NCBI GenBank assembly: GCA_965262955.1
Contig: CBDHGE010000001.1
Location: 3,103,637 to 3,167,636, forward strand
Reading direction: 5' to 3'
DNA length: 64,000 nt
From: Candidatus Poribacteria bacterium
GTDB lineage: Bacteria; Poribacteria; WGA-4E; WGA-3G
The notes beneath the pieces are model-generated. The model made no database searches. It was not told the DNA's origin and saw nothing but the letters and a program-made list of their open reading frames with translations. Every line of letters begins with the position of its first letter. Positions within the stretch are counted from its first letter, which is position 1. Positions 27,196-36,500 of the stretch are shown one piece after another. Position numbers and translations under genes: made by a program.

Positions 27196-27942
27196 TTAAC
27201 GGTCTTTTATTTTCCCCCACGTTGTGGTGAGTTTACCACCTGCTTCGACATCCTGTGGTGAGTCCATAACTATTTGAATATCCGCTTCGCTCAAGGTTTT
27301 TTCATAGAGGCGAACCTCATCAATTTTACCCGGGAAGTGGTCGGTGGCGTTGCCGAGATCATCGCCACCAATCCAGAGATCTAAGGGAGAGGGGGCGATC
27401 GGCACGTTGTTGGGGGCGTCGCCTTCGAGTTTACCGTTTATATAAACCTTCATGTCCTTTCCATCAAAGGTTCCTGCGAAGTGATACCATTCGCCGACTT
27501 TCCAATCGGTTGTTGTGGATTCAGCAAAGGTGTTGTTCGGTTTGACAAGAAAGTCGATACTGCTTGCGTTACCGAAATCAAAAATGACGAAGATGGAGTT
27601 ATTTTTACTCATTAAGCGGTGACCGGTGAGAACATCGTTTGGACTGAACCACATCATAAGGGTAATATTTTCCTCGATTGCGAAGGCAGGATCATCTGCG
27701 ACAATGACATGATCGTCCTCACCGTCGAATTCGAGTGCAGTGCCGTATTTTCCCTCAACCCACTCGGGATCATCGTTAAACTCTCCATCGTGTCCATTGC
27801 CTGTAACATCTATAGCTTCTTTACCCTTACCTTCGTCAAAGGGCCAATAAGCAACAAGTCCATCTTCCGCAACGTTGGCGATACTGAGGTTAGCGATAAT
27901 GAGGAGGGAGCACAGCAAAAATACAGAGATAACTTTGGACAT
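27196..27942 (-). CDS. Secreted LamG-like (Laminin_G_3) protein, paralog 4
   Basis: Signal peptide, VAEDGLVAYWPFDEGKGKEAIDVTGNGHDGEFNDDPEWVEGKYGTALEFDGEDDHV..., C-terminal LTTTWGKIKDR. Confidence 0.7.
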   Translation of the reverse strand: MSKVISVFLLCSLLIIANLSIANVAEDGLVAYWPFDEGKGKEAIDVTGNGHDGEFNDDPEWVEGKYGTALEFDGEDDHVIVADDPAFAIEENITLMMWFSPNDVLTGHRLMSKNNSIFVIFDFGNASSIDFLVKPNNTFAESTTTDWKVGEWYHFAGTFDGKDMKVYINGKLEGDAPNNVPIAPSPLDLWIGGDDLGNATDHFPGKIDEVRLYEKTLSEADIQIVMDSPQDVEAGGKLTTTWGKIKDR

Positions 27943-28374
27943 AGCAATTTCTCCTATGGAAGCGCAAAATCTTAGATTTTTACTTTAGAAGACTTGCAAC
28001 TATTATAACATATTTTTGCAAATAAAGTGTAAAAAAATTACGATTCGGTGGAAAAATTCAGTTAGTGGAAAACGTATTGATTGTCCGAATCGCGAATGAG
28101 GCAAATTGCGCGAATGACGCTATTTTAAGAGAGAACCTCTTCTTTTCTCCGCGAAATCTGTATAAATCCGTGATAATCCGCGATTCAGACAGCAATTATG
28201 AGTTACCCACCCCTAATTGTACCTAAGTTGCTACCTGAAAAAAGCGGTGTTGTTTTCTGGATGTATTTAGCCCCAGCGGGACGATATATGTATAGAAGGG
28301 CGATCAACCACCCTCTAAAACCCCAGCGGGGCGACAGGTGTATTGTTGTGTTGGGGATTCGCAGTGATGGTATA

Positions 28375-29028
28375 TTAAACAGCACGCTCAATCGACCAAT
28401 GACGGTCAGTGCTCTGGACGACCTCTGCTCCCGGCATATCCATCTGCGTCAGCATCTCATTAACTTCAGTAATGGTAAACGCCGCAAGGAAAGAATCATA
28501 ATACAACTTCTGTTGATAAGGAGTATCATCCGCAGCATACAGATCCACAAAGGCTTGGGCATCTGCTGGCGTTTCAGGACGGATAAGATCGCGGATAAGC
28601 ACAACACCTTCGGAACGAGCAACTCTGCCCATCTCTTTGAGTGCGCTCATCGCATCGTGGATATGGTGGACGATGCTATTAGAAATGAGTCCGTCGAAGG
28701 TATTGTCGGGGTAGGGTAAAGTTTTGGCATCAACGAGTTCAAGAGTGATCCGATCAGTAAGACCGGCGTCTGCGACGTGACGTTTCGCTATTTTTAGCAT
28801 TTCCTCGGACAGGTCGATGGCGGTAATGTGGATGTTCGGACAGCGTTGCGCGAGAAGAAGAGGGATTTGTGCGGGACCGGTGCCGACATCAAGAAAATGT
28901 CCAGTGTTCGCACCCAGTGCGACAACGCGATCGACAAAAGCGCGGTCAACCTCGCCATGCTCCATCGCATCGTAGGCTTCGGCGGCTTCCGCTGTATCCA
29001 TAACTTCGGGTTCTACAATTCGATTCAT
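28375..29028 (-). CDS. Class I SAM-dependent methyltransferase
   Basis: LDVGTGPAQIPLLLAQR (motif I), ...DGLISNSIVHH (motif II/III). Confidence 0.75.
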   Translation of the reverse strand: MNRIVEPEVMDTAEAAEAYDAMEHGEVDRAFVDRVVALGANTGHFLDVGTGPAQIPLLLAQRCPNIHITAIDLSEEMLKIAKRHVADAGLTDRITLELVDAKTLPYPDNTFDGLISNSIVHHIHDAMSALKEMGRVARSEGVVLIRDLIRPETPADAQAFVDLYAADDTPYQQKLYYDSFLAAFTITEVNEMLTQMDMPGAEVVQSTDRHWSIERAV

Positions 29029-29812
29029 GCTCTACTTTCCTAATAAGTTCAGAAACAGTTAGCGCGTTCTGACGGATCTGATCCGGTTGAAATCGTGTAT
29101 ACATGCCAACCGCCATAGCGTCCGTCGGTTTGATATTTTCAAGGGCGAGTTGAAAGGCTTCACGAGGCTCGTTTCTACCAGCCGCTAATACCTTTATAGC
29201 AATGATCGGCATCGGTATTGCTTGTATCGCTGCAAATGCTGCATAGCGATCGTTTGGCAGATACAACTCTCTATGTGTTGTGTGATTATACAACGCACAG
29301 ACATAAAAGTCAACATCGTATCCTTCGGAATAACAGTACTTGAGGATCTGAGGATCGTGCGTGCCGAGTCCAACCGCACAGCCGAGATCGCGGATGTATT
29401 TCAGACTTTCGCGCAATGAATCGAGGCGTCCTTCGGCATACAATTTATCGGTCGTACCACCGTGATGGTAAATAGCAATCGGTTTATAGCGCGCAATAAT
29501 CCCTAAATATTCATTGAGATCTGCGTATTCTGTATCTTTAGGGGTCTGCGCAATCCACTGAATTGTGCCGCCCGCGTTCCAGTATTCGTTGAGAGTTCGC
29601 ATAATATGTCTATCGGCGCGAGCGAGGACAGTGTTAATTCCATTCTTCTCTGCCTGACGGAGATCCATCATAATTTGGATCGTCGTATAGTAATCTTCCA
29701 TAGCTTTCGATGCTTCTGGAGAGCGATGCGAGATGCCACTATACGGATTACCGCCGATAATGAGTCGCGTGACACGATGTGATGCGATGGAAATTGTAGG
29801 TATTTTAATCAT
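28946..29812 (-). CDS. Conserved hypothetical protein, family X copy A (paralog of 56153..56989)
   Basis: Shares blocks with 56153..56989: LIIGGNPYSGISH / LVIGDNPIYGYSH, GINTV / GINGW, GGTIQW / GGTINW, GLGTHDPQIL / GLSVHDPKLL, DVDFYVCALYN / DIDYYMTGLYN, KVLAAGR. No family confidently recognised. The 3' end overlaps the methyltransferase start by about 80 nt. Confidence 0.5.
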   Translation of the reverse strand: MIKIPTISIASHRVTRLIIGGNPYSGISHRSPEASKAMEDYYTTIQIMMDLRQAEKNGINTVLARADRHIMRTLNEYWNAGGTIQWIAQTPKDTEYADLNEYLGIIARYKPIAIYHHGGTTDKLYAEGRLDSLRESLKYIRDLGCAVGLGTHDPQILKYCYSEGYDVDFYVCALYNHTTHRELYLPNDRYAAFAAIQAIPMPIIAIKVLAAGRNEPREAFQLALENIKPTDAMAVGMYTRFQPDQIRQNALTVSELIRKVEHESNCRTRSYGYSGSRRSLRCDGAWRG

Positions 29813-29851
29813 TTTATTTCGTGAAGTCCTGTCTTCTTAAGGCAACTCGCT

Positions 29852-30319
29852 CTACTTCCACTTGAATTCACTTGCCGAATCATAATTCTCTTTTATATCG
29901 GTTTTGTAAATTGTCCCGTTTGGACGCGCATAAAACGTGAGTTGGTAGGTGTAACCGGTTGATATGTATCTTCCACCTACTGCCCGCATGCCACCGGGAC
30001 GACGTCGGGGATGAATCTCGTGGTCTTGTCGAAGCTGGAACCCCCGCGCCCGGCTTTCTTGCTTGGCTATAAAACCATGTACAGGTATTTCCCAAATATA
30101 AGTGTGCCAACCTGTTCCATTATCGCTAATTTCATCCGGTGATCCCCACTTCTGAATCGCCTTTGAAATGTGCGTGTCCTTCCATACGGATATAGTTTGC
30201 TGCATTTTCTCATCTTGTGTAGGTTCGGATTTGTTCACCAAATGTGCAGGTGCCGTACACCCTACCAGTAAAATGCTTGCGATAAACACAAGAGGCAAAA
30301 GTAATAAAAATCTGTTCAT
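29852..30319 (-). CDS. Hypothetical lipoprotein
   Basis: MNRFLLLLPLVFIASILLVGC (signal peptide plus lipobox). Start moved to 30319. Confidence 0.4.
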   Translation of the reverse strand: MNRFLLLLPLVFIASILLVGCTAPAHLVNKSEPTQDEKMQQTISVWKDTHISKAIQKWGSPDEISDNGTGWHTYIWEIPVHGFIAKQESRARGFQLRQDHEIHPRRRPGGMRAVGGRYISTGYTYQLTFYARPNGTIYKTDIKENYDSASEFKWK

Positions 30320-30534
30320 TTTCAAATCCCTTCCTTCTCTCCTATTGTACGCAATCAACCAGATTCGCATTGCTTTTCTGTTACTAAATAAGCAATTTCC
30401 ATGCCAAATTTAAAATAGGGGACAGAACGGGAAATATAGTGGATTCAGTGGCGAAACGTAAGTTTCGACTGCACAAAATAGGGCAAATAAGGAGATAACT
30501 GCACGGATTTGGGCAGAGGCAGATAGGAAAAAAC

Positions 30535-30644
30535 GTGAGTTCGAGAAAGAAAACTTGTACCGTAAACTGTTAGTTTGCAATACTTCTGGGTAGGTTCATT
30601 CAGTTTTCTAATAATTTATATCTGGACGCCCGAACTTGTTCGGG
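30535..30644 (+). repeat. Interspersed repeat family A, full copy (about 110 bp ending in CCCGAACttGTTCGGG)
   Basis: gtgagttcgagaaagaaaacttgtaccgtaaactgttagtttgc...ttttctaataatttatatctggacgcccgaacttgttcggg. About 85-90% identical to 40439..40559. Confidence 0.6.
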
Positions 30645-30768
30645 ATAAATGAAAAAAGATGTCCCTGTCGCGGACGTCCAGATTTAGCCTGTGAATAGAC
30701 TGGATTTAGTCTGGGATTAGACTAAATTTTGCCCACACGCGGCACAATTTGTCTTTGCTTTACATTAA

Positions 30769-31725
30769 TTATCGAATGGCGATCGGATTGCCAGGAGAAC
30801 CCGTCGCACCCTTAAGGCGAAGCGGCGCAAAACTGAAAGCAAATTCGTAAACCTTCGCCGCCGCTAACTCCTCCGTGATAATGTTCTCAAGATTGTAGAT
30901 GCCGTGTTTGACAATAAACAATTGATGCACTGGAAACGCTAATGATTCGTCAGGGTTCGGAACGACTTCAATTCCCCAGTTATCGGAACATAACATCACA
31001 ATCTTCTGGTCAACGAGGTATTGTCCCGCCTCCATTCCGATGCCGGGTTCTGTGGCTCCATAGCGATCATTATCCGTCATCCAGAACTTACCCCAACCAG
31101 TGTGAATGATGACGACATCGCCGGGTGTAATTTGGACCCCTTGCTTTTTCAGAGCACCCTCCAGATCGGCGCGCGTGATTTCGTAACTATCGCTGAGATG
31201 CTCAACGCCTTTATAACCAGCGACATCAATGAGGACACCGCGCGTCACAATCGGTCCTACATTCTCAACACCGAGTTCCGTGAGACCTTCGGCTTTGGCA
31301 AAATCGCGCTGGTTCAACCCGTTGTAGTAGAGGTCACCGATACCGATGTGACCGAGTCCATCAAATTGCGTGCCAATTTGACCGATCTCGCCACTGAAGA
31401 TTTCTTCAAACCACGTTGTTTTATTTTCACCAAGCGGACCTGACATCGCCGGAATTCGCAAGCTATAATGCCGCGTTCCAAAGACGGGGATACCACTTTC
31501 ATAGACTCTGCCGAGTTGATAGACCTCACCGGTTTTAATCAAACTCGCCGCTTCCAATACTTTCTCAGGCGTTAGTCGGTTGACAGCACCCCGCCGATCA
31601 TCAGCACCCCATTCAGAAGGGAACCACGATTCTTGTGTGAGGGTAACAGTTGATGTGAGGGCAAGTATGCCAAAGACAAGCCCAAATAGAATAAAACGCT
31701 GGTGTTTTTTCGGTTTTTTGAACAT
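30769..31725 (-). CDS. Cyclase-family protein (kynurenine formamidase-like metal hydrolase)
   Basis: Signal peptide. GTQFDGLGHIG (HxGTHxDxPxH-type block). Confidence 0.8.
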   Translation of the reverse strand: MFKKPKKHQRFILFGLVFGILALTSTVTLTQESWFPSEWGADDRRGAVNRLTPEKVLEAASLIKTGEVYQLGRVYESGIPVFGTRHYSLRIPAMSGPLGENKTTWFEEIFSGEIGQIGTQFDGLGHIGIGDLYYNGLNQRDFAKAEGLTELGVENVGPIVTRGVLIDVAGYKGVEHLSDSYEITRADLEGALKKQGVQITPGDVVIIHTGWGKFWMTDNDRYGATEPGIGMEAGQYLVDQKIVMLCSDNWGIEVVPNPDESLAFPVHQLFIVKHGIYNLENIITEELAAAKVYEFAFSFAPLRLKGATGSPGNPIAIR

Positions 31726-31792
31726 AATTAACCTCCTGTGGGGTTAGAAAAAGAACGACACAAGATCGTTGGCTACAAATAACGAGGGGTAT

Positions 31793-32683
31793 ATGGCTCT
31801 TACTTCAATCGCTTTAGTTCTGCTGTCAGCATTTTGCCACGCCTTATGGAATTTCTACGGCAAATCCAGTAGAGATACACGAATTCTCTTTTTTTGGTGT
31901 GGATTTTACACGATAGCAATTGCCTGTGTGGCATTTAGTATCAAGGAACCGGGAATTCCAAAACCGGTATGGATCTATATTGCTGGCTCCGCCTTCATCC
32001 ATGTGTTATACAAGCTATCTTTAACGCACGCCTATACCGTTGGCGAGATTTCATTTGTTTATCCTATTACGCGCGCCGCTCCAGCTTTCCTGCCACTCTT
32101 TGCCTTTCTTTTCCTAAAGGAACGAATTTCCGCGCAAGGCTTGATAGGTATCGTATGTGTAATGGTCTCCATACTATTTTATCAACAACGCGAAGAGCGC
32201 ATCCAGTTCAAAGCGTTCTTTCGATTCCTTCGCGAACCCGATGCACTTTGGGCGTATGCCACACTGGCAAGCGTCATTGGATACTCATTGATAGACAAGC
32301 AAGGGATGTCTGAATTTCATCGCTATTCAACGGATGCACCCTTATGGCGAGCCGTGACCTACTATTTAATGGAGAACAGTATCTCGCAAGTTCTTTACGG
32401 ATTGTCCTGCCTCGCTCGGTTTCCACATCAGCGGATTGCAGAGATTGGACGAATAGAATGGAAACGGGCACTTGCTATCGTTGTACTCTCGTTGGTATCC
32501 TATTCGCTTATTCTCTACGTCTTGATGACAGAAAAGGTTAGCTATGTGACCGCCGTTCGGCAGTGTTCTGTCATTTTCGTTGTTTTGCTCGGTGGATACG
32601 CCTTGAAAGAAACTTATACAAAACGCCGATTTATCGCCGCTGTTGTGATGGTAATCGGTATCTTTTTGATTGCCAATCAGTAG
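31793..32683 (+). CDS. DMT-superfamily (EamA-like) membrane transporter
   Basis: About 10 TM helices, N-terminus LTSIALVLLSAFCHALWNFYGKSS. The ORF track start is TTG. First ATG is 31793, with GAGGGG RBS. Confidence 0.6.
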   Translation: MALTSIALVLLSAFCHALWNFYGKSSRDTRILFFWCGFYTIAIACVAFSIKEPGIPKPVWIYIAGSAFIHVLYKLSLTHAYTVGEISFVYPITRAAPAFLPLFAFLFLKERISAQGLIGIVCVMVSILFYQQREERIQFKAFFRFLREPDALWAYATLASVIGYSLIDKQGMSEFHRYSTDAPLWRAVTYYLMENSISQVLYGLSCLARFPHQRIAEIGRIEWKRALAIVVLSLVSYSLILYVLMTEKVSYVTAVRQCSVIFVVLLGGYALKETYTKRRFIAAVVMVIGIFLIANQ

Positions 32684-32726
32684 TCCACAGCAAACCGGCT
32701 GTTTCTGTATGACTGCCGTAGACTCT

Positions 32727-33701
32727 TCAACCAAAGGAAACACCCAATTTAACGCTCCGTTCAGGGTGATTGTCCATCTCTATATAGGCTTCAACTGAAT
32801 CCTCAAACGGCACAACTGGGTCAACGACCTCTTCGCAGTCAAATCGACCATCTGCAAGCCATTTCCAGCAGGTATCAACAATACGTTTGAAATTCCAACG
32901 CGGATGATCGCGGTTCGGATCGCTGTTGGCGCGTGCAAAGATTATGTTCGGAATGTTGACGTGTGCGACAGCACCAAGGTCAAGTCCACCTGTACATGCT
33001 TTCGCCCGTCCAGCATAGACGATTGTCCCTTCAAAAGTGACGCTGCGAAGCGCATCATCAAGTGCTTCGTAGATCGCACTCGTTTCTACAGCCACATCAA
33101 CGCCAAGCCCACCAGTCGCTTCTTTGAGCACTTCGCCAGTATTGCAGGCAAGTGGGTCGATGACAAGCTCCGCCCCGGTCTTTTCAGCGACTTTCCGCCG
33201 TCTTTCAAGCGGATCTACAGCTGCAACGAAGTCAGCCCCAGCGATCCGCGCCATCTGTACCGTCATCAATCCAATCGCACCAAGTCCAAACACAGCCACT
33301 CGTTCGCCAACACGTACCTTTCCATCACGAATAGCAGACATCGCGAAATGTGCTGGATCGTAACAGACCGCTTCCTTCCATGTCATCTGATCGTGCAGCT
33401 TAAGAAGTCGACTTGCATTCCACGTGTGTGTCTCTTTGAGATGCCCGTGACTCGTAACGCGTTCCCCAATCTCGAAACCTTCAACGTCGTCGCCGATTTC
33501 AATAATTTTCCCAACGCACATATTCCCAAGTCCCAGTGGAAAATTTGGGTTGTTGTATCCGTAGTACGCCGTCAGTTCCGTACCGCGTTTGGGGGCACCG
33601 AATTCGACTTGAACGCGGACACTGTCTGCTGGAACAGGTCCATCCTCGTATTCTCTCAAAACAGGTTGCCGAGGAGCAACCGCAACTAATTCTTTTGGCA
33701 T
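32727..33701 (-). CDS. Zinc-dependent alcohol/polyol dehydrogenase (MDR family)
   Basis: Catalytic Zn ligands (C..GH..E), GLGAIGLMTVQMARIAGA Rossmann motif. Confidence 0.85.
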   Translation of the reverse strand: MPKELVAVAPRQPVLREYEDGPVPADSVRVQVEFGAPKRGTELTAYYGYNNPNFPLGLGNMCVGKIIEIGDDVEGFEIGERVTSHGHLKETHTWNASRLLKLHDQMTWKEAVCYDPAHFAMSAIRDGKVRVGERVAVFGLGAIGLMTVQMARIAGADFVAAVDPLERRRKVAEKTGAELVIDPLACNTGEVLKEATGGLGVDVAVETSAIYEALDDALRSVTFEGTIVYAGRAKACTGGLDLGAVAHVNIPNIIFARANSDPNRDHPRWNFKRIVDTCWKWLADGRFDCEEVVDPVVPFEDSVEAYIEMDNHPERSVKLGVSFG

Positions 33702-33871
33702 GCTTGTCTCCTTTAGGATTTACGCATTCTTCTTAAAGTCCCCCTGATAAGGGGGATTTAGGGGGTTAAATAGAAGAAAATAAAGATTTCTCACAAAATA
33801 CGACTAATGTGCGTAAGTCCTTTTTTAAAGTAATAGGCACACGCCGTGTACCGTAAACCGAAAACAGGCTA

Positions 33872-36379
33872 TTAATGCGGAATCCCCAATTGGTGCATCC
33901 GACGGTGAATTGCTTCTCGTGCTTCTTGGAACGGACGAGAGAGGAATTCCAAGTGATCATCCTCACCGTGATGGTGCGTCACAGTCCCGTGTTCGTGGTG
34001 GCGTGCCGTTTGCTGGATATAGGACAGCCCACCCTCAATCAGAGTCAACATGTAGTTTGCCGTTTCTGGATCGAACATCCACCACTCACCGCCGACAGCA
34101 ATATAGACGGGTGAGGTGTGGGCAATAATGCCCCGTCCCCAGCCATCGTGATGTGGAATGGCTTCCGCATAGTTAGGTCCGCCACATCGCGCAGCAATCC
34201 AAGAGTGCTTATCCACCTTCAGGTTGGCTTTCAGGCGTAAATGCGATTTACCCTCTTTGTCCTCAGTGGAAGCAACCACCTGTCCTGCCTGAATAATCTG
34301 CAGCGTATGGATCGGGAAAATGGAATCCGCAGAGGCTTCCACCTCGACAGTGCCGCCATTACCGGGAAGGTTGATCGTGCTACCAATCGGTTGCCCGTCA
34401 ACGGTGAGACCGATCATGGGACCGCCACTCAGGAAAGTGTTACCAGCACTCATGTATTTACACCAGTTATCGTAATTGAATTCCTCATCATCGGGAATGT
34501 GGACGTATGTGCGATAAACGCCTACTGGTACATCACTACTCATCTTATCTGTCCCACCCACGAGAGGCAATTTATAGCCACAGTTAAGATAACGGTAATA
34601 CTCAATATGTCCATACATGGCATTGGTAAGATACTCAACGGCATCTACCCGTCCAGTGGCAATCAGTGTCGCTGGTTCGCAGTTCGGATTCGGAATATGC
34701 GGTAAGACAACAGTCCCACCTTGTGCATGACAGGCATCTGCCCAGTGGGAGAGTGTGACCTCCATATTTCCACCGAGTTCGGCTTCTCCAGGTCCATCAG
34801 AACACCACGGCGCGACCTGTTCCTTTAAACCGAGAAGTGTAAGATGACCGAGGAGATGCTGACGGTTCTCTTGGGTCGCATAGACGATGCTTCGTCCGTC
34901 GGCGGATGTCGTGGGTCTACCGATGAACTCCTCTGTATTCGTGAAGAGATGCCCCCACTGTGAAAGAAGAAGATTCACGACGCCGAGGTCTTCACCTTGT
35001 GCTTCAGTGTGTGCACCTTGTGTAGACAAGAAATGGACGTGCGTATCGCCGCTGAAATAACGTTCAGCGTTCATATCACACCACCGTTTTATCCGCAGCG
35101 TCAACTCGCGTTGCCCGGGTTTTATATTCACGGTCGTCCGTAGTGGTGTGTATTCAAAGCCGCGGGCAACATCAACAATAACATCCCCGCGAGGCAGCCA
35201 TCCTTGACACGTGCCGTCAATATAGGCATAACTAATCTGTCCGAGTCGTACATCACCACCGACATCTATGTGCCATGTGCCGTTGTTTGAGTTGACGTGA
35301 GCGTGATGTCCGTGTGGCGCGTACGGCACACCGTGCGGGGAACGGAAATGGATACGACACGGCACGGGTTTGCCTGTATCTTCATCAATCACTGTGGTAT
35401 GCACCCAGTTCCTGCCAGAGTCGATGACCTCCACCTTGACGCGTTCGTTGGGTTGAACACTTCCCTTTTCTTGGACTTCACCCCAGTTGACGCTGCCGAG
35501 GGTTTCACCGTGGTTCTTGACTTCAACAGTAGCCGATGGAGTAGCAGATACCTCAGTGTACGCAGGGCTACTCTTGTCGTTTTGGGATTCACCCCAGCCT
35601 TTGAAATCGTCGTTAATAAAGGCATCGGGAGCATTTTCCGGCAACGGATAAGGGTAGGTTGCTGAGCCACGGTCAACGTTGACTTCTATGTCAAAAGGTT
35701 TATCAGCATCATCAGATTGAGGAAGCGTGATTTTGACTTCCCGACGAGGACGACGCGGTATCGGACTTTCGTCGAGGTAACCAAGCGTGATTGCTGCAAC
35801 AATAAATCGTCGTTCCTGTGGTTGAATCTCAATTGATGCTATTTCAACGCCATCCCTCGGATTTTTCCACACCCACAAATAGTAGTCGCGCGGCGTCCCT
35901 TGGGTTGCCTCAGTTTGTCGGTTACCCGCTGAACCCCATGCCCCTTCATGCCGAGGTAATAAACCTTCTTGTCGGTCAGGTATGGCGAGGAATGTCTGTT
36001 GTCCCCATCCTTGCGGAACGCCGCCAATCTCAAAGCGTTCACGAATCGGCACACTGACCGTTTCACCGTCAGTGTAATGGAATACATAATTGGCGATTAA
36101 TCTGGCTATCGGTTCGCCTTCAGGTATGCGCGACTCAAGCAAGCGATGTACAAAGATAACTCGCTTTGGGTCTTCGTTGACAGAAACTTGGATGGAATCG
36201 CTATTAACCCCTTCGCCGAAGCCCAAAAAACAGGATGCACCTTCAGCGATTTCAAAAGGAAGCCCGTGGAACGTCTGTGACCCAACACTCGGCGTTGCGT
36301 CCGCACCGATAACTTCTGGACCGACATTACACAAACCAGAAAGTGAAATAGGTTGGTAGTCTCGCATAATAAACCTCAA
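33872..36379 (-). CDS. Large (835 aa) hypothetical protein with His-rich putative metal-dependent hydrolase region
   Basis: ERYFSGDTHVHFLSTQGAHTE (HxH), PHGVPYAPHGHHAHVN, C-terminal HHEHGTVTHHHGEDDH. Possibly PHP/CehA-McbA-like. No signal peptide. Function not established. Confidence 0.45.
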   Translation of the reverse strand: MRFIMRDYQPISLSGLCNVGPEVIGADATPSVGSQTFHGLPFEIAEGASCFLGFGEGVNSDSIQVSVNEDPKRVIFVHRLLESRIPEGEPIARLIANYVFHYTDGETVSVPIRERFEIGGVPQGWGQQTFLAIPDRQEGLLPRHEGAWGSAGNRQTEATQGTPRDYYLWVWKNPRDGVEIASIEIQPQERRFIVAAITLGYLDESPIPRRPRREVKITLPQSDDADKPFDIEVNVDRGSATYPYPLPENAPDAFINDDFKGWGESQNDKSSPAYTEVSATPSATVEVKNHGETLGSVNWGEVQEKGSVQPNERVKVEVIDSGRNWVHTTVIDEDTGKPVPCRIHFRSPHGVPYAPHGHHAHVNSNNGTWHIDVGGDVRLGQISYAYIDGTCQGWLPRGDVIVDVARGFEYTPLRTTVNIKPGQRELTLRIKRWCDMNAERYFSGDTHVHFLSTQGAHTEAQGEDLGVVNLLLSQWGHLFTNTEEFIGRPTTSADGRSIVYATQENRQHLLGHLTLLGLKEQVAPWCSDGPGEAELGGNMEVTLSHWADACHAQGGTVVLPHIPNPNCEPATLIATGRVDAVEYLTNAMYGHIEYYRYLNCGYKLPLVGGTDKMSSDVPVGVYRTYVHIPDDEEFNYDNWCKYMSAGNTFLSGGPMIGLTVDGQPIGSTINLPGNGGTVEVEASADSIFPIHTLQIIQAGQVVASTEDKEGKSHLRLKANLKVDKHSWIAARCGGPNYAEAIPHHDGWGRGIIAHTSPVYIAVGGEWWMFDPETANYMLTLIEGGLSYIQQTARHHEHGTVTHHHGEDDHLEFLSRPFQEAREAIHRRMHQLGIPH

Positions 36380-36500
36380 TTATTGGCTGTCAGCTGTCGG
36401 CTATCAGTTTTCAGATTTCGGTAGATTATTGTGCGGATGCCACCATTGTCTTCAAATACAACGATCTCTGGAAACCGACTGCTGACTGCTGACTGCTACT

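Noticed and set aside
28198-28719. 173-aa + strand ORF
   Set aside because: Antisense overlap with the SAM methyltransferase; no motifs.
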